NCBI GenBank assembly: GCA_013239625.1
Contig: MU055744.1
Coordinates: 588,355-652,354, forward strand
DNA from: Lama guanicoe
Lineage: Eukaryota
Length of the DNA: 64,000 bases
Reading direction: 5' to 3'
The notes under the pieces were generated by a model. The model had not been told where the DNA came from. It ran no database searches and saw only the letters and a list, made by a program, of their open reading frames with translations. Below are positions 27,150 through 39,921 of the stretch, piece by piece. Each line of letters begins with the position of its first letter. Within the stretch, counting starts at the first letter, position 1. The position numbers and the translations under genes are program-made.

Positions 27150-28110
27150 GTCAAAGTGTGGTTGTTTGCAGCATTGTGTTAGTTTCCGGTGCCCAGCGTG
27201 GTGATTCAGTCATGCCTGTACGCGCTCCTCTCCACACCGTCCTTCATTTCAGGCCGTTATAAGGCACTGAATATGGTTCCCGCGCTCTGCAGTGAGACCT
27301 TGCTGTTCATCTCTTTCACATGTGTTGCCTGCGAACCCCGGACCCCTGACCTACCCCTCCCCTCCCCCCCGCACCGGCGACCGCAGGGCTGCTCTCCGTG
27401 CCTGTGAGCCTGCCGGCTTTGTGAATATGTTCATGCGTGTCTTTCCCCCTTAGATTCCACGTGTACGCGGCATCGCGGTTTTGCTTCACTTCGGACGGCG
27501 ATCCCCTCTCTCTAGGCGGCTTTGCTGCGCTCTGGTCCACAGCTTGTAACAGTCACTCACGCAGCACGCGCAGCTCGACGCTCTTAGCGTATCTGCCGAG
27601 CGGGGCACGTTCCCGGTTTAGAACTTTGCACCACCCCAGCGGTCGCCCCCCGGGCCCCTCCCCCAGCTGCCAGACATACTTTCCGACTCCAGGGAGCCGC
27701 CTGTTCCGGACGTTCGGTACCAGTGGGGCCAGGTAGCCGTGGTCTCGTGACTGGCTCCTTCCCTCGGCACGTTCTGAAGGCTCGCCCGTGTTGTATCGTG
27801 AGTCAGAACCTCGTTCCCCTTGATGCTCGAGTAACACCCCTCGTGTGGATGGAGCACAATGTTTGTTCACTTATCAACCCGTGGACGTTTGGGCTGCCTC
27901 CACCTCGGCTGTCGTGAGCCGCGATGCCGGACACGAGCGTGCAGGCTTTCGGGGGCACGTCCGCTGTTCAGGTACGTTCAGGAACATCCAGGTACACCCG
28001 CCCGGGGATGTCCCTGGGAGCGGGCTCGCCGGGGGTGCGGTTGCTCTGGGTTCCAGGAGCCACGAGCAGGTTCCCCAGCGGCTGCCCCGTTTCACATCCC
28101 ACCTCCTGAG
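27150..28110 (-). mobile_element. Two LINE-1 3'-end fragments, reverse orientation
   Basis: tgtgttagtttccggtgcccagcgtggtgattcagtc...ttagattccacgtgtacgcggcatc, then tttagaactttgcaccacccca...ttgttcacttatcaacccgtggacgtttgggctg. Confidence 0.75.
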
Positions 28111-28846
28111 CTTCGTTCCACATTGCCTCAAACCGCCACGGAGGCGAACCCCCATAGGCTGGACCCAATTCCTACAGAATTTAGGCTTTTTTACCCCAAG
28201 CAGAGCCCAGATACAAGAGCCGGGGGACTGGCCTCTTCTATGAGGCCCCAGCAGTGGGCGTGTCACGGGGACGGTGCGGGGCTCTGCTGGAGGAGGTCCA
28301 GGGACGCCAGAATCTTGGGGGAGCCAGTGGGGGAGGGGGGCAGGTCCCAGCCTCAGCAGGAAAGAGTCGGAAAGCACCCCTGGTCTAAACGCCCCACAGT
28401 GAACAGGGGAACCGAGGCTCTAGAGGGCTGGGGCGTCCCTGAGGCTGCAGCTTAGGCTGCAGCCAGGGCGGGAGTGCGTGTCTTTGCTGGCCTGGGCTGC
28501 CTGGGGCACCTCAGCCAGGAGGACCCAGGTGGGAGGGCTTATTGCAAGAGGGACCCCTGACCTCCAAGGACGTCCGCTCCCACCTCTCACACGTGGTGGG
28601 TGCCCACTCTCGCCTCCCCAGGAAGAGAGAGGAGGTGACGGCCACTAAGGCTGGCAGAAACGCAAGGCAGAATTCATGCCTTTGCTCCCATGACTCTTTG
28701 AACACGTGTTGTGTTTCCCCGGCCAGAGCTGAGCTCCTGGAGGGTAGGAGCCCACCTGGGTCCCGGCGTGTGCCGCTGACAGAGCGCGTGCCCTGGTGCC
28801 AAGCAGGACCCCAGGACTGTGCAGGAGAGAGGAGAGGGGCTGTTCT

Positions 28847-29364
28847 TGCACGTGGGCATGCGTGTGCCTGTGTGTGCGCATGTGGGCATGTATGTGTGGG
28901 CACGTGTGTGCATGTGTGTGCACGTGTGGGCACGTGTGTATGTGTGCACGTGTGGGCACGCATGTGCATGTGCGTACGCGTGTGGCATGTATGTGTGGAC
29001 ACGCATGTGCATGTGCGTGCACTGTGGGCATGTATGTGTGGGTGCATGGGTGTATGTGAGCATGTGTGCGTGCGTGTGTGGGCATGTATGTGTGGGCACG
29101 CGTGTGCATGTGCGTGCACGTGTGGGCATGTATGTGTGGGCACGCGTGTGCATGTGCTTGCGTGTGTGGGCATGTATGTGTGGGCACGCGTGTGCATGTG
29201 CGTGCGCGTGTGGGCATGTATGTGTGGGTGCATGGGTGTATGTGAGCATGTGTGCGTGCGTGTGTGAGAGTGTCCATGTGTGCGTGCCTGCGTGTGTACA
29301 TGAGTATATATGAGCACGTGTGTGTGCATGCTTGCATGCTTGTGTGCACAGAGTATGTGTGTGT
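28847..29364. repeat. Long degenerate (TG/CA)-rich alternating purine-pyrimidine minisatellite
   Basis: Recurrent gtgggcatgtatgtgtgggcacgcgtgtgcatgtgc units over ~520 bp. Confidence 0.95.
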
Positions 29365-29479
29365 AAGAGAGAATGAGTTCTTCTCATTCCAGGAAAAAAG
29401 GAAACTGGTTTTTCTCAGCTCCCTTTTTAGTGGGTCATTAAAGGTTTTCCTCATTAAATCATCTCTCTAGAAAAAAGCC

Positions 29480-30810
29480 GATGGAATCAGCAGATGTACT
29501 GGGACTGTCGGTTGGACATATTGAGCCTACAAAGTCAGTAACATTCATTTCACTGGTAATGATCAATTAGGAAATATGATTTTTAAAAGGTGCCATTCAC
29601 AATAGGAAGAGAAACCGTAAAGCGTCTAGGAGTTAACCCAAGCTGAATGTGAAAGCGATACGATCTGAGCACAGTGACGCCGTGCTTTCTGATGGGAAGA
29701 GCTATTGTTGTAAAGACGCCAGCTGCCTACAGATTAACCTGTAGTTTCAGTGCAGGCCCAATCAAAACGTTTTCTGGCAGGACTCAAAAGCCATCTGAGA
29801 CTTATGTGGCGGTGCCATACGGACTGTGGAAGAGTAAAGAGTGTGGACTGTCCTTGGAGATCGAAAGACTTTCTGCAAAGGTGCGAATGAGTACCGCGCG
29901 GTCGCGGCACAGAGCTGCGGGCTGGCACCCGGAGTTCAGGGACACAGCCAACCGACCACACGTAGGCTCAGCTGACCAAAGGTGGCGCCACTGACCCCGT
30001 GGGACAGGACGGTGGCTTGGTAGGCAGTTCCAGGAATGGGCCCACGAGCTGGAGGGTAGTTAAGCATCCCTGGGGTGGAGGAGCACAGTGGGTGAACAGC
30101 AGCAGGAGATGATCTCTGGGACTTTGCGGGAGGGGGAGGCTTTGTAAATGAAACTTTAAAAGCGAAAATTACAAGCTCACAAAAGTCTAAGGGCAAAGGT
30201 GATGGGAGAGCTGATGGAGCAGGAGGAGGTGTTTGCGGGGTCTTAAACAACAGGCGATCGCTGTCTGGAGAGGACGCGAGAAGGCAGCAACCATAACAGC
30301 AAAGAAGAAACGGGCGCAGGGGATGGGAGAGGGAAGCTTCGAGGCTCCAGCACGGGGCACGGTCAGAGAGCTGGACGGTGCAGAGCCGGGGAGGGGAGGA
30401 GCCAGCGTGGCCCCTCCGGGGGCGCGGCCGTTCTGAAGGGCCGGCCCGTGTCCTGCCTCCGAGTTAAGGATCCGTAGCCCGCGCGACCTGGAAATCGCAC
30501 TCCTTAGAGCACAGGACCTGGGGACACTGCACCGCGTGCGGCATTGGTGGCGGCGGTGGCAGAGGCCACCTGGCCACTGCGCTGGGCACGTGGACAGGTC
30601 CAAAATGATGTCGGCACACCTTTGGGGAAGACTTGGCAGTCGAAAGCAGCGCACGAAAGGCAGACAAATAGTAAGAGGCGTGCTCTGGAGAGCCACAGGC
30701 GCCCGCGGTGCCCGCCGAGTGGAGAAAGTGGAATTCAGAACGAGGCCCAATGCCGTCTACGCACGTTAAACACACACACACAAAACACACTTTCCGAGAA
30801 CGCTGTTAAA
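29480..30810 (+). mobile_element. Very old LINE-1 ORF2 fragments
   Basis: tacaaagtcagtaacattc...gtgccattcacaatagg...gatgggaagagctattgttgtaaagacgcc...cacacctttggggaagacttggcag. Confidence 0.55.
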
Positions 30811-33579
30811 AGGCACCCTGGCCAGGACCCGGGGAGGCAGGGGGCGGGGCTTGCAGTAGGTACAATTCTCAGATATTGGCCAAGAAATCAGGGCACCCTG
30901 AGGGTCTGGGACACTGAAGAGGTCGTGCTCCCAGAGTCACCTGCCCCCACCCCCAAGGGGACGTGCGGCAGAAGCGGCGAGGACACCTCCGGCTGCCGCG
31001 GCTCAGGGACAGGGTGCCGCTGGCATCCAGCGGGTAGAGGCCGGGATGCCGCTACCAGCCGGCAGTGCGCAGGGTGGTCCCCACGGCGAGGGCTGTCCGG
31101 GCCAAAGTGTAGCTAACACCGAGGCTGAGAAAACCTGCTGTAGGGCCCCGTGTTGGGTGGGAAAGGGGAAGTTTTAGGCCTGTGAGTGGCGGGGCGGGGG
31201 AGAGAAAAACCTCCTCTGACAGCTGACCGCCGGGCGGCAGCGCCAAAGCTCACCTCAGCTTTTCTCAAGATGTGCCGTGGGGTCCTGGGGGAGTCTCCTC
31301 CTTGCGGTCCTGCTGCCTTCCTGGGCCTCTTCCTCCATGGAAGGTATTGAAAATTATATTCTACAACCATGGAGTTTCAAAGACAAATATAAACTGGGTC
31401 AAATTTTACTCAGTTTTTTTCTTCCGATTTTAAAAGAAATCAAGAACATTCTGGTTGGCCCCGAAAAACGTCACAGGCTGCAGGCTCTATGCCCAGTGAG
31501 CCCCGCCCGCTCCGGGGGCTGCCGCGCTCCTGCCCTGTGTCCTCCCGTCCTCTGTCCCCAGGGACACAGCTCCCGACACCCTCGGTGGAGCACCCAGGGC
31601 CCAGCCTGGCTCCGGGGGGGCGGGGCAGGTAGCGAAGCTGTGGGTGGGGGGCGGTTCGGTGCGGGGTTACAGCAGCCACCAGCCAGCGGGCTCCTCCTCC
31701 CAGACTGTGAAACACCCAACGGAAACTGAGGCCTGGCACAGGCGGGGCCAGGTGGCCAGGCCGTGGAGGGCGGTCCTGAAAGCAGGCAGAGAGGATGCTG
31801 GGCGGAAGTCCGGGCCAGCTGTGGAGGGGCAGGTGATGCCCATGTCCACGGTCTGACCTCTTGGTCTGCCCCTGACCCATGCCTCCCACTTACTATCCTC
31901 CCTTCACGGGGCCCGTAAACCCACCCTGTTATCCCAAATCACTTGACCAAGAAGACAGAGAGGTCAAGTGACTGGCCCAAGGCCACACAGCCTGGGTCAG
32001 GAGAACCCAGGCCTGTGTGGTGCTGCCTGGGGCACGTCCAAGGCAAGCCCTGCTTCCTCCTTGGCCCCGAATAGAAGTCAGGGTGCTGGGCGCTGAACTG
32101 GGCTGGGCCTGGCAGGCAGCCTCTCCGCCAGCCAAAGGGCTCCCGGTGTAGACGGTTGTCACAGCCAGAGATGCCTCAGGGGAATCCCCGGCGTACGGGG
32201 TGCTGAACCCGCCAGGTCCAGCCGGGAGCATGGCTGCCCTTCCCACAGCCCTCCAGACACGGGTCCTCGCAGGGGCAGGAAGGAAGGGAGTGGCAACAAA
32301 GGGGAAGGTGCAGCGCGAGCCCGGGGACGCGCCCCGCTGCTGGGAGGGAGCCGGACGCTGCAGGCCGGCCCCGGCGGAAGGGGCAGCAGGTCGCCGTAGG
32401 TGGGGCAGGGAGGCACTTGTGCTGCCAGGTGTCCGGCTGTTCCCGGAGACTCTGGCTCAGGCATGTGGAAGGTGCAAGTGCGTAATGACGCATACTCAAG
32501 GCAGGCACTTCCCCCAGAGACCCTCAACTCATCAACAGAAGTCAGCAGTTTGATTGGAACCCCCTCATCTCAAAGTCCCCACTTTGCTGTATCCGCCAGC
32601 CCTAAGCTATGTTCCAGGCCCCATCCGAGGACCCGCCCTAACCCAGACATCCCGAACCCGGGGCTGGTGTGGTCTTCACCCCGCAACCCGAGCCAGGACC
32701 TTGCTGGGGACACTTGGAGGGCGAGCGCCACTGTCGTCCCTCCTGCATCTGTGGAGTCTTGTACAAAGCCCGAGGAGGGCCCCACTGTGCCACTCCCGGT
32801 GCGCGGGAGCCCCCGCCGGGGACACCTCCCTTCAGATGCAGCACTGCAGCCCTGGGAGGTGCCCGTGGCCTCCCAGGAACGGGGCGCGACAAGGGGCCCT
32901 GGCAAATCCCGGCGCTTCCGGGGACAGCCGCACTGCAGCAGGAGCCATTGCAGGGTGGCTATGGCGTCTGCACGCCCCGTTTCATTTCATTTAAGCTTCC
33001 TTTTTACGGCGAAATACACCACCTCTGCCCCAGAGCACACGAAACCTCCAGCGCACCAGCCCCGCGAAGCCGGAGCCCAGCGCCAGGCCCCGCGCCCTCC
33101 CGAGGGGCTGCCGTCCCACCTGGGGACACCCTGGCTCTTTCGTCCACATTTCCACTCGGCCCGCATCCCCGGACATGTCTGTGCGGCGTTGCTCACTTTT
33201 GAATTTTAAGTGCAAACACGGTTGAACAGCGTTCCCCCGGAAGCTGGCTTCCTCTGCTCAGCACCGCACGTGCAAACCCCCAGCTGGCTTTGCAGGGAGG
33301 GGGGTGTCTGCATCGCCGCTCTGGAGGCTCCCCCGGCGCGCGCATGCCGGGGACCGCGTCTGCCCGGCTCTGGTGGGCGTTTGGTTGCTGCAGTTTGAGC
33401 GGGGTGGTGTCCTGCGTGTGTCCTCTAAGCCTGGGCACACACCGCAGCGGGCAGGACGGAGGTCGGTGAGCAGGCACCTGTGTGACAGCAGGAGGCACTG
33501 CCGGGCCCAGGGCGGGCCCGGGCGCCCGCGCGGAGGTGCGAGGTGACGGTCCCCTCCGCCTGCTGCGGCCTCACCGGAC

Positions 33580-35200
33580 TGCGCGGGCAGTGGTGTCTCA
33601 TGGGGTCTGCACTTGCATTTCCCTGATCCCCGATGAGGTCGAGCCCCTCTTCATTCTTCTATCGGGCGTTTAGCGTCCTCTCTGGGGAGTGTCGGGCAAG
33701 TCACTGCCCCGCTTTCCGCAGGACTACTGCTTCACACCCGTTTTCTACTTACTCCGGATACAAGCATTCCGTCACTTCCGTGTGTTGCAGGCACCTCGTC
33801 CCTGCTCCTGGGTGTGTCTGGGTGCCGTGGGAGAACCCAGAGCTCTCCCTCTTAATGCCGGTGGTCAGGCCTTTCACCCGCCCAGCGCTTTTCGCCCCCG
33901 GAGGCTGTCCTCCCAGGCCGTCTGCTGCTCCGCCTTCCCGTTTGGCCTCTAACTCTCCCACTATTTTTCTGCTGTGTAGTAAGGGTGGAGTCTCCCTTCC
34001 TGTTTCTCCACATGAGGCCCCAGCAGCTCACCTCACTGACTGACAGTTCATTCCCTCCTCATTGCTCTGTAGGGCCGCCGCTGTCTGACCTCAAGGTCCC
34101 TGCACGCCTAATCTGTGTCTCGACTCTTCAGTCCGCTCTGCTGGGTCGCTCTGCACCCTGGAGCTGTTACCAAACTCGGGTCTGGCTGCTCGCTGGTCAA
34201 AAACCAATACTTGAGATGCTGGCTTTTAATCAGAATGCCAGCAATCTGGAGAGACGGTGGGCTCGGCGTCCCCGAAGCTATCTCCAGATGGTTCTGCTCA
34301 GCCGGGGAAGTTTCAAAGGGACCAGGGAAGTGATCTCAGTTGATCGCTGGGATGGGGGCCGGAGTCCCCGCCACCGCCCACCGCGTGCAGGCTTGTCGAC
34401 GCCTCGTGATCTCTTTAGATGCTGACTTGTTCACACAGGTTTTTGCGGATCACAGGAGGGGAAGCCGGGGAGAGATCTGGTCATCTGTGAACTTCTCCTT
34501 CTCCATTTCTACTTCTTTGATCCACAAAGAGAACCAACGGGTCAGGCAAGGTATTGTGCGGCCAGAAGACCTGAAAGGTGAGCGAGGGCCGCAGGTGAGT
34601 AGCGGGTGGGGCGCCTGGTACCGGGTCAGTGACGACAGGGGTTTCCTGCAAAGGCCTGCTGATATGGCTAGTGCCACACTGTCTTAGTGACCATATTTTT
34701 ATGATAATTATTCACATCAGGTAGAGCACGTCCTCCTTGTTCTGGCTCAAGAACATCCCAGTTAAATTCTAAATTCACCTTGCCAAGTTTCACCGTAAAT
34801 TGGGCACTTAGTTGATAATGCGGTGAATCTGCAGATCAGTTAGAGGGAAGTGAAGGTGTGCACGGCACCAAGCACTCCAGTCCACGGGGGTGGAATACGC
34901 TCCGGTCGTTCTGACCTTTCTGAGGGTCTCTCATCCGCACCGGACAGGCTTCCGCGAGGAGGACCCACACACGGCTGGCCGGATTACTCACTGCTATTTG
35001 ACTTGGGCGTCACTAGTGCAAAGTTTAACATTTCAGTTCATGATTCTTTGTGGCTAACTTTTGGAAACAGAATTGACTTTGCAAGCTGGTTCATTCTAAA
35101 AATTGAATTTCAGATTCTCTTGAATTTTCTACATTAAACGTATCTTCTGAAAATTATAGCGGCGGTGTGCCGCCTTTTCAGTTCTCTCTCCTCTTAAAGC
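33580..35200 (-). mobile_element. Old LINE-1 fragments (reverse), split by an LTR
   Basis: gtctcatggggtctgcacttgcatttccctgat...tctggggagtgtc...ctccggatacaagcattcc...gaatctgcagatcagttagaggga. Confidence 0.65.
34163..34685 (-). mobile_element. ERV-type LTR inserted into L1 (reverse)
   Basis: Begins tgttaccaaactcgggtctggctgctcgctggtcaaaaccaatac...ttttaatcagaatgccagcaatctgg and interrupts collinear L1 sequence. Confidence 0.55.
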
Positions 35201-35215
35201 CTTATCTCACGGCTC

Positions 35216-35347
35216 TTTTGGGGGAGGGGGAGGTAATTAAGTTTATTTACTCATTTACTAACTTACTTACTAACAGGGGCGCTGGGGATTGAGCCCGCGC
35301 CTTGTGCGCGCCCCGCATGCGCTTTGCCCCCGAGCTGTGCCCTCCCC
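35216..35347 (-). mobile_element. tRNA-Ala-derived SINE (Vic-1 type), long-tail copy, GC-drifted
   Basis: Same head as the 42.5-kb copy plus the tail taaataaacttaattacctccccctcccccaaaa. Degenerate target-site duplication ctcacggctctttt / cttcccggctcctct. Confidence 0.8.
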
Positions 35348-37247
35348 TCTTCCCGGCTCCTCTGCAGCTCTTTTCCCTTCCTTCCGGCGCGGACCGTGCC
35401 GCTTGCGCGGCACAGCTCTGACCACGGGCAGTGCTTCTGAGCGTCTCTGCTGGCTCCTCACCCCTGAGGCTGTGTTTCCGTCTGCACCAGCACCTGTGTT
35501 GTCGTTCCGGCCCCTCCAGCTTCGGCGTCTGTTTCTGCAGCCAGCTCTTTCTGTTTGTTCTTGCAAGGGGCGTCTTTTACCCTCGCGGACCTGGTTGCCT
35601 CCCAGCGCGCTGACACTTAACGTGAGCAACGTGCGCGTCTGCAGAAATCACGTGAGTCCTGGGAGGATGCGCTTCTCCTTCAGAGAAGGTTAGCGTCGGT
35701 TTAGCTGAGGCAGGGGACACGGGCGATCTTGAAGGACCTTAACAGAACCTCAGGAGCTGACGCTTTCTCTTGGGCACTCAGACGTCTCAAAACCAGCTTG
35801 CAGTCCACGCTAAGGCTGGCCAGCGATGGCTCACCCTTATTCCCAGGGGGACCCCTCCTGGATTCTACCCAAACCCGCTCCCCTGACAGACCTTCGACCC
35901 CCGCACCTGACCTTTAGCTCTGCAAAGCTGGCGAGGTGGCCGGCTGGTTTCTCAGCCGTCTTTCGGGGACCGGCATTAAAGAGGCCCCGCGTGCTGGCTT
36001 CCCCCTCCAGGTTCTGTCTCTCCAAGAGCGTAGAAAGAAGCCTTTTTCTACATGGTTGACTTGGCTGTGCCTTCAAGCAAATCACTTTGGTCATGGTTTG
36101 TCGGTTAGTCCTTATGAGAACAGATGGCCCCAAACACCCAACCGCTGCCAGAAGTCAAAGGACTTGTACTGACCCAACTTTCAGACGTCTGAACTTGACA
36201 GACAGGCCCACAGACGCCTAGGGGCGTTACGGTGCTGGCTGACCGTGCTGTCGACACCTCGCCTGCAGTCACTGTGTCACGAAGCAGAGAAGAGGAGGCG
36301 TCCTGGCACGGAACGGGCATGGTCGCAGGTGGGGCTGAAGGGCAGAGAGCTGCTGCCTCTCTCCCCTGCCTGACAGATGGAACCCGGACCTGTCCTGCGG
36401 GGACAGGCCACCCCGTCCAGCAGCTCAGGGAGGCAGAATGGCACCCAAGGCAGTCCAGCTTGTCTGCGCCCTCGGTCTCAGTGGGCTGGAGCCACTGCAC
36501 AGAAATTTGCAAAGTCTGGAGTCACTCCAGTGCCCACAGAGGTGGACCTGAGGTTCCGTGTCCCCTCTTGTGCTAGCCCTCTGGTCTGGCCATGCCCCAC
36601 TTCTTTCGTACTCGGGTGGTTAGTGCGGGTGGAAGGCCAGCCCACGCAGACCAGCCTGGAGAATTCTCAAACCACGGGACAGTTTGCTCTCAGCTCCTCC
36701 CATGGGGTCACCACCTGACTCTCCTTAGTGAGCACTTCTACGCGTCTGCAGAAGCCCTTCAGAAAACGCCCACCTCGTGTTCAGGCTGAGTGCAAGCTTC
36801 GCAGCACACGGTGTGAAGCACAGCCTCTGGGATGTGGGGGGACGGGGCGCAGCCTCATCTTCAGCTGCGGTGAACAGACCTGGTGATCCCCAGAGCGTTA
36901 GGCCTGAGATGACGCCTAGCCCGTTCTCGCTATGTGACGTCAGTTTTCCGCCTGGGAAATCCGAGCGCTAGCGGCTGGCGTGAGTCGTATCTGGCACGTC
37001 AGGGCTCGGAACTTTCTCCCTTCCTTTGTGGTAAGTGCCCAGTGGCTGCCTCAGTCACTGGTGTATTCTGGAACTCAGAGGAGGGAGGGAGCTGTCTTCA
37101 GCCAGCCCTTCCTTATGCCCCGTCGAGGCGCAGGGCGGCGTCTGGGTCTGGCTGGGTGACAGGAAGGGGTGTGCGGGCTGGGCTTTCCTGAGGCCACAGA
37201 CAAGGCCGACACTTTCCCACAGAGGGGTCCTGGGGGCCCTCCTGCCA

Positions 37248-37346
37248 GGGGAAGTGAGCCTGATTCAGCGGGCAGCCCGACGGGGCCCAGCTGGAAGGAG
37301 CGTTTGGCACCTCCTGTTGGGTTAATCCAAGTGCTTGCAGGAAGTG
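37248..37346 (+). promoter_or_regulatory. ETS/PU.1-type motifs upstream of the FCN1-type exon 1
   Basis: GGGGAAGTG at 37248-37256 and CAGGAAGTG at 37338-37346, 70-170 bp upstream of the dead start codon. FCN1-type ficolins are myeloid genes. Confidence 0.5.
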
Positions 37347-37415
37347 GGCGTCCCAGTGGGCACAGACGAGGGTGGCTTCCTCTGCCTGCAGGAGCGAGGT
37401 CGAAGACCAGAGGAC

Positions 37416-37516
37416 ACGCAGCTGAGCGGGTAGCCGTGGCCCCGGGCCCGCTGGCCAGCTCCCCTGGTTCCTGTGCTTCAGGACCCCGGCTGCCCAGGCT
37501 GCCCACACCTGTCCAG
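37416..37516 (+). pseudogene. FCN1: Ficolin (FCN1/ficolin-beta type) exon 1, disabled
   Basis: ACG CAG CTG AGC / RVAVAPGP / AGQLPWFLCFRTPAAQAAHTCP followed by gtgagg. Matches the recalled pig ficolin-beta leader MELSRVAVALGPTGQLLLFLSFQTLAAQAADTCP. Start ATG>ACG and two 1-bp deletions (101 bp vs 103 expected). Opposite strand to COL5A1, as for human FCN1. Confidence 0.85.
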
Positions 37517-38519
37517 GTGAGGCGGACCTGCGTTTCCTGTCCCTGGAAGCTAGTAACTGGCCACTCATTGACCGAGGATAGCATCCCAGGTTAAACTCTC
37601 TCCATGCATCTTCTTCCGAAGACTCTCAACATCTCCGCTTCACCCTCCAGGCCGGGGAGGCCAGGCGCAAGGTCACACAGGTCACACAGGTCTGAGGGGG
37701 AGGGGCGGGGCTTACTCCCAGGTCCGTCTGCTTCTCAAGCCCGCGGCGGCCCCGCGGAGCGTCCCAGCCGGCTCTCAGCTCGGCCTCTGAGGAGGGGGAA
37801 CGCCCCTCCTTTTCTCCTCTGCTCAGGGGCTTTCTGGAAAGACGCCCTTAGAGTGTTCAGTACAGGGGCTCCCGTGCTTACCTGGGGTCCGTGAGCACAG
37901 AAACCTGAATCTGCAGAATCGGGGTCTCAAGGGAGCGTGGCCTCCCTCCGGATCCCACGCAGGCGGAGGGGCCACACTGGAGAGGGACTGACCGTGAGGA
38001 CAGACCAGCCCCTCGTGCCCCCAGGTTGAGGACATATTTACGGAAGGATCGGTGCCCTCCAGCCCGCCCTCTGGGGAGGGAGTCCCAGAAGGCCAGGCAA
38101 GAGAAGCACCCAAGACGCCGCGGCTGGCGTCTCTGGTGACGGCGTGGCCGACCCCGCGGTCTCTACGTCACCTCATGTGAGGATGTTTTACTTTTGAAAT
38201 CAACAAAATCGATTTTTTCCACAGAAGGAAATGCCTGTCTGGTCCCAGTTCTCCTAGAACTTGTTCTGTGCCCTGGGGTCAAATGTGTCCCCTCTCCAGG
38301 GGAACTACATGGACCCCTTCCTGCTCAGGAACTCTGGTCACAGGCCCAAGGTCTGGGGTGAAAATGTTATGTTGACTCCAATTCCCCAAGTTTCTTATAA
38401 ATATTTATTGTTACCATTTATTGAAAGTACCCACTGTTTAGGAAACTCTTTTGAAACGAATTGTACTAGACTTTTAAAGTTTGTGTTATCTAAATCTAAA
38501 TCTCCCCACAGCCCTAGTC

Positions 38520-38640
38520 CTGTCCTCACTTGGGAGCCCAAGGGGCAGAGCTCAGAGAGGTTGAGTGATTTGCCCAAGGACACACAGTACGGGGGGCGGC
38601 CCTCGGGCAAGGCGGACTCCAAGGCCAGGGCTCTGCCCTG
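38520..38640 (+). mobile_element. MIR SINE fragment (similar fragments near 1640-1760, 23860-23960, 31940-32010 and 60170-60240)
   Basis: gagctcagagaggttgagtgatttgcccaaggacacacag core. Confidence 0.65.
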
Positions 38641-39921
38641 TGTCGCCTCCTCACCTGACTACTTTCAAACACAGGTGGGAAAGCCCACTGCCAGGCTGGC
38701 CCTCCAACTGCGACAGGGACACTGGCCGCGGCCCCCGTGCTGAGCGAGAGCGCCCCTGAGCGCTGCGCGCCGTGCGCCCGCCCCCGGAGGGAGTCCGGCG
38801 CCCGCGGCCTGCACCGTCGCTCCCGGGAGCGAGAGCCAGGAGCTCTGGCCTGCGATGGTGCCACTTTCCCTCGCTCCCAGAGTGGGCACACTTGGCGTTT
38901 CTTAAGAGCTGACTTAGCATTCGTTTGCAGAGATGACCGTCCCCCTAAGCACCTCTCTTCTGACCGCTGTCTCCTGCCCAGGACTTTGCAGTTCGGACAC
39001 ACCTGCCTCCACGGCTTGCTCTGTCTGTGGGGTCTCGTAGAAGTGCTTTCCCACAAGCACGGCAATCCACAGAGGGTGCACGCGTCTTTAGCGCAGACGC
39101 TGCACACGAAAGGCTGGAGTCACAGGCCCCCTCGCCACGAAGCGAGTTCAGGTGTATAGCCGGTCGCCGTGCTGACTGGACCCTGATGCGGTGCTTCCTG
39201 GCTCCCCTTTGACCGGGTCGCTCCTGCCTGCGCCCTGAGCAGTGGCCGAGGAGCGGAGGGGGGACTGCGGCCCCTGGAAGCCTGGGCGTGGGGCGGGCGG
39301 GCTCGGCTGCCACCTCTGCCCGCTTGACACGCTCCACGGCTCATCGTCAGAGTCAACAGGAGGCTCCAAAACCCACAGTTTCTAGGCGTCGCCCACTGAG
39401 ATTTTGGTTTCGTGGGTCAGGGACAGGCCCCCGCGTCTACACTGGAAGTGCTCCCGCAGGTGGTTCGGGGACATCCTGGCCCGGAAGCCGCTGTGGCGCT
39501 CGTTTCAGGGCTGAGGGTGCAGTTGGGTGACCTCAGAGCAGAGCTTGCGGGAAGGAGACAGCAGGGCTGCGGGGGGCACGTTTCGGTGCCATCCCAGGGA
39601 CGCAGGAGCTGCAGAGCCAGACGGGTTATCAGCTGAGGGGCCAGAAGTCGCCCAGACCGCTCAGGACGCCTGAGCGTCTCAGACTCAGAAGGTTCCACTT
39701 AGCTCCCTGCTTGTGCACCGAGGGCTGCACAGGGTCACATCGGCACGGCCTTTGCTTGGTGTGGCTTTGTTTTCTGAAGATGCCTTCCATCCTGGGCCCC
39801 GTCTCGGCCACCTGCTGACATAGGCCTTTCTGGGGCTAGCGGGCAGGCAGCCTGGCCGTCCTGCCGCGCGGGCTCTCGGCCCACTCCGAGGAGGAGCTCT
39901 GCGGAGACGTGGGGCTGAGCT

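Noticed and set aside
28511-29454. His/Thr- and Cys/Val-rich ORFs resembling metal-binding proteins
   Set aside because: These are translations of the TG/CA minisatellite.
1-37000. OLFM1 or other coding exons
   Set aside because: No olfactomedin-like or other recognisable coding sequence; OLFM1 is inferred only from synteny to lie beyond the left edge.
37933-37947. GAG CGT GGC CTC CCT (ERGLP) as a remnant of FCN1 collagen exon 3
   Set aside because: Only five codons match, the Gly-X-Y pattern does not continue, there is no good acceptor, and no exon 2 precedes it; it may be chance.
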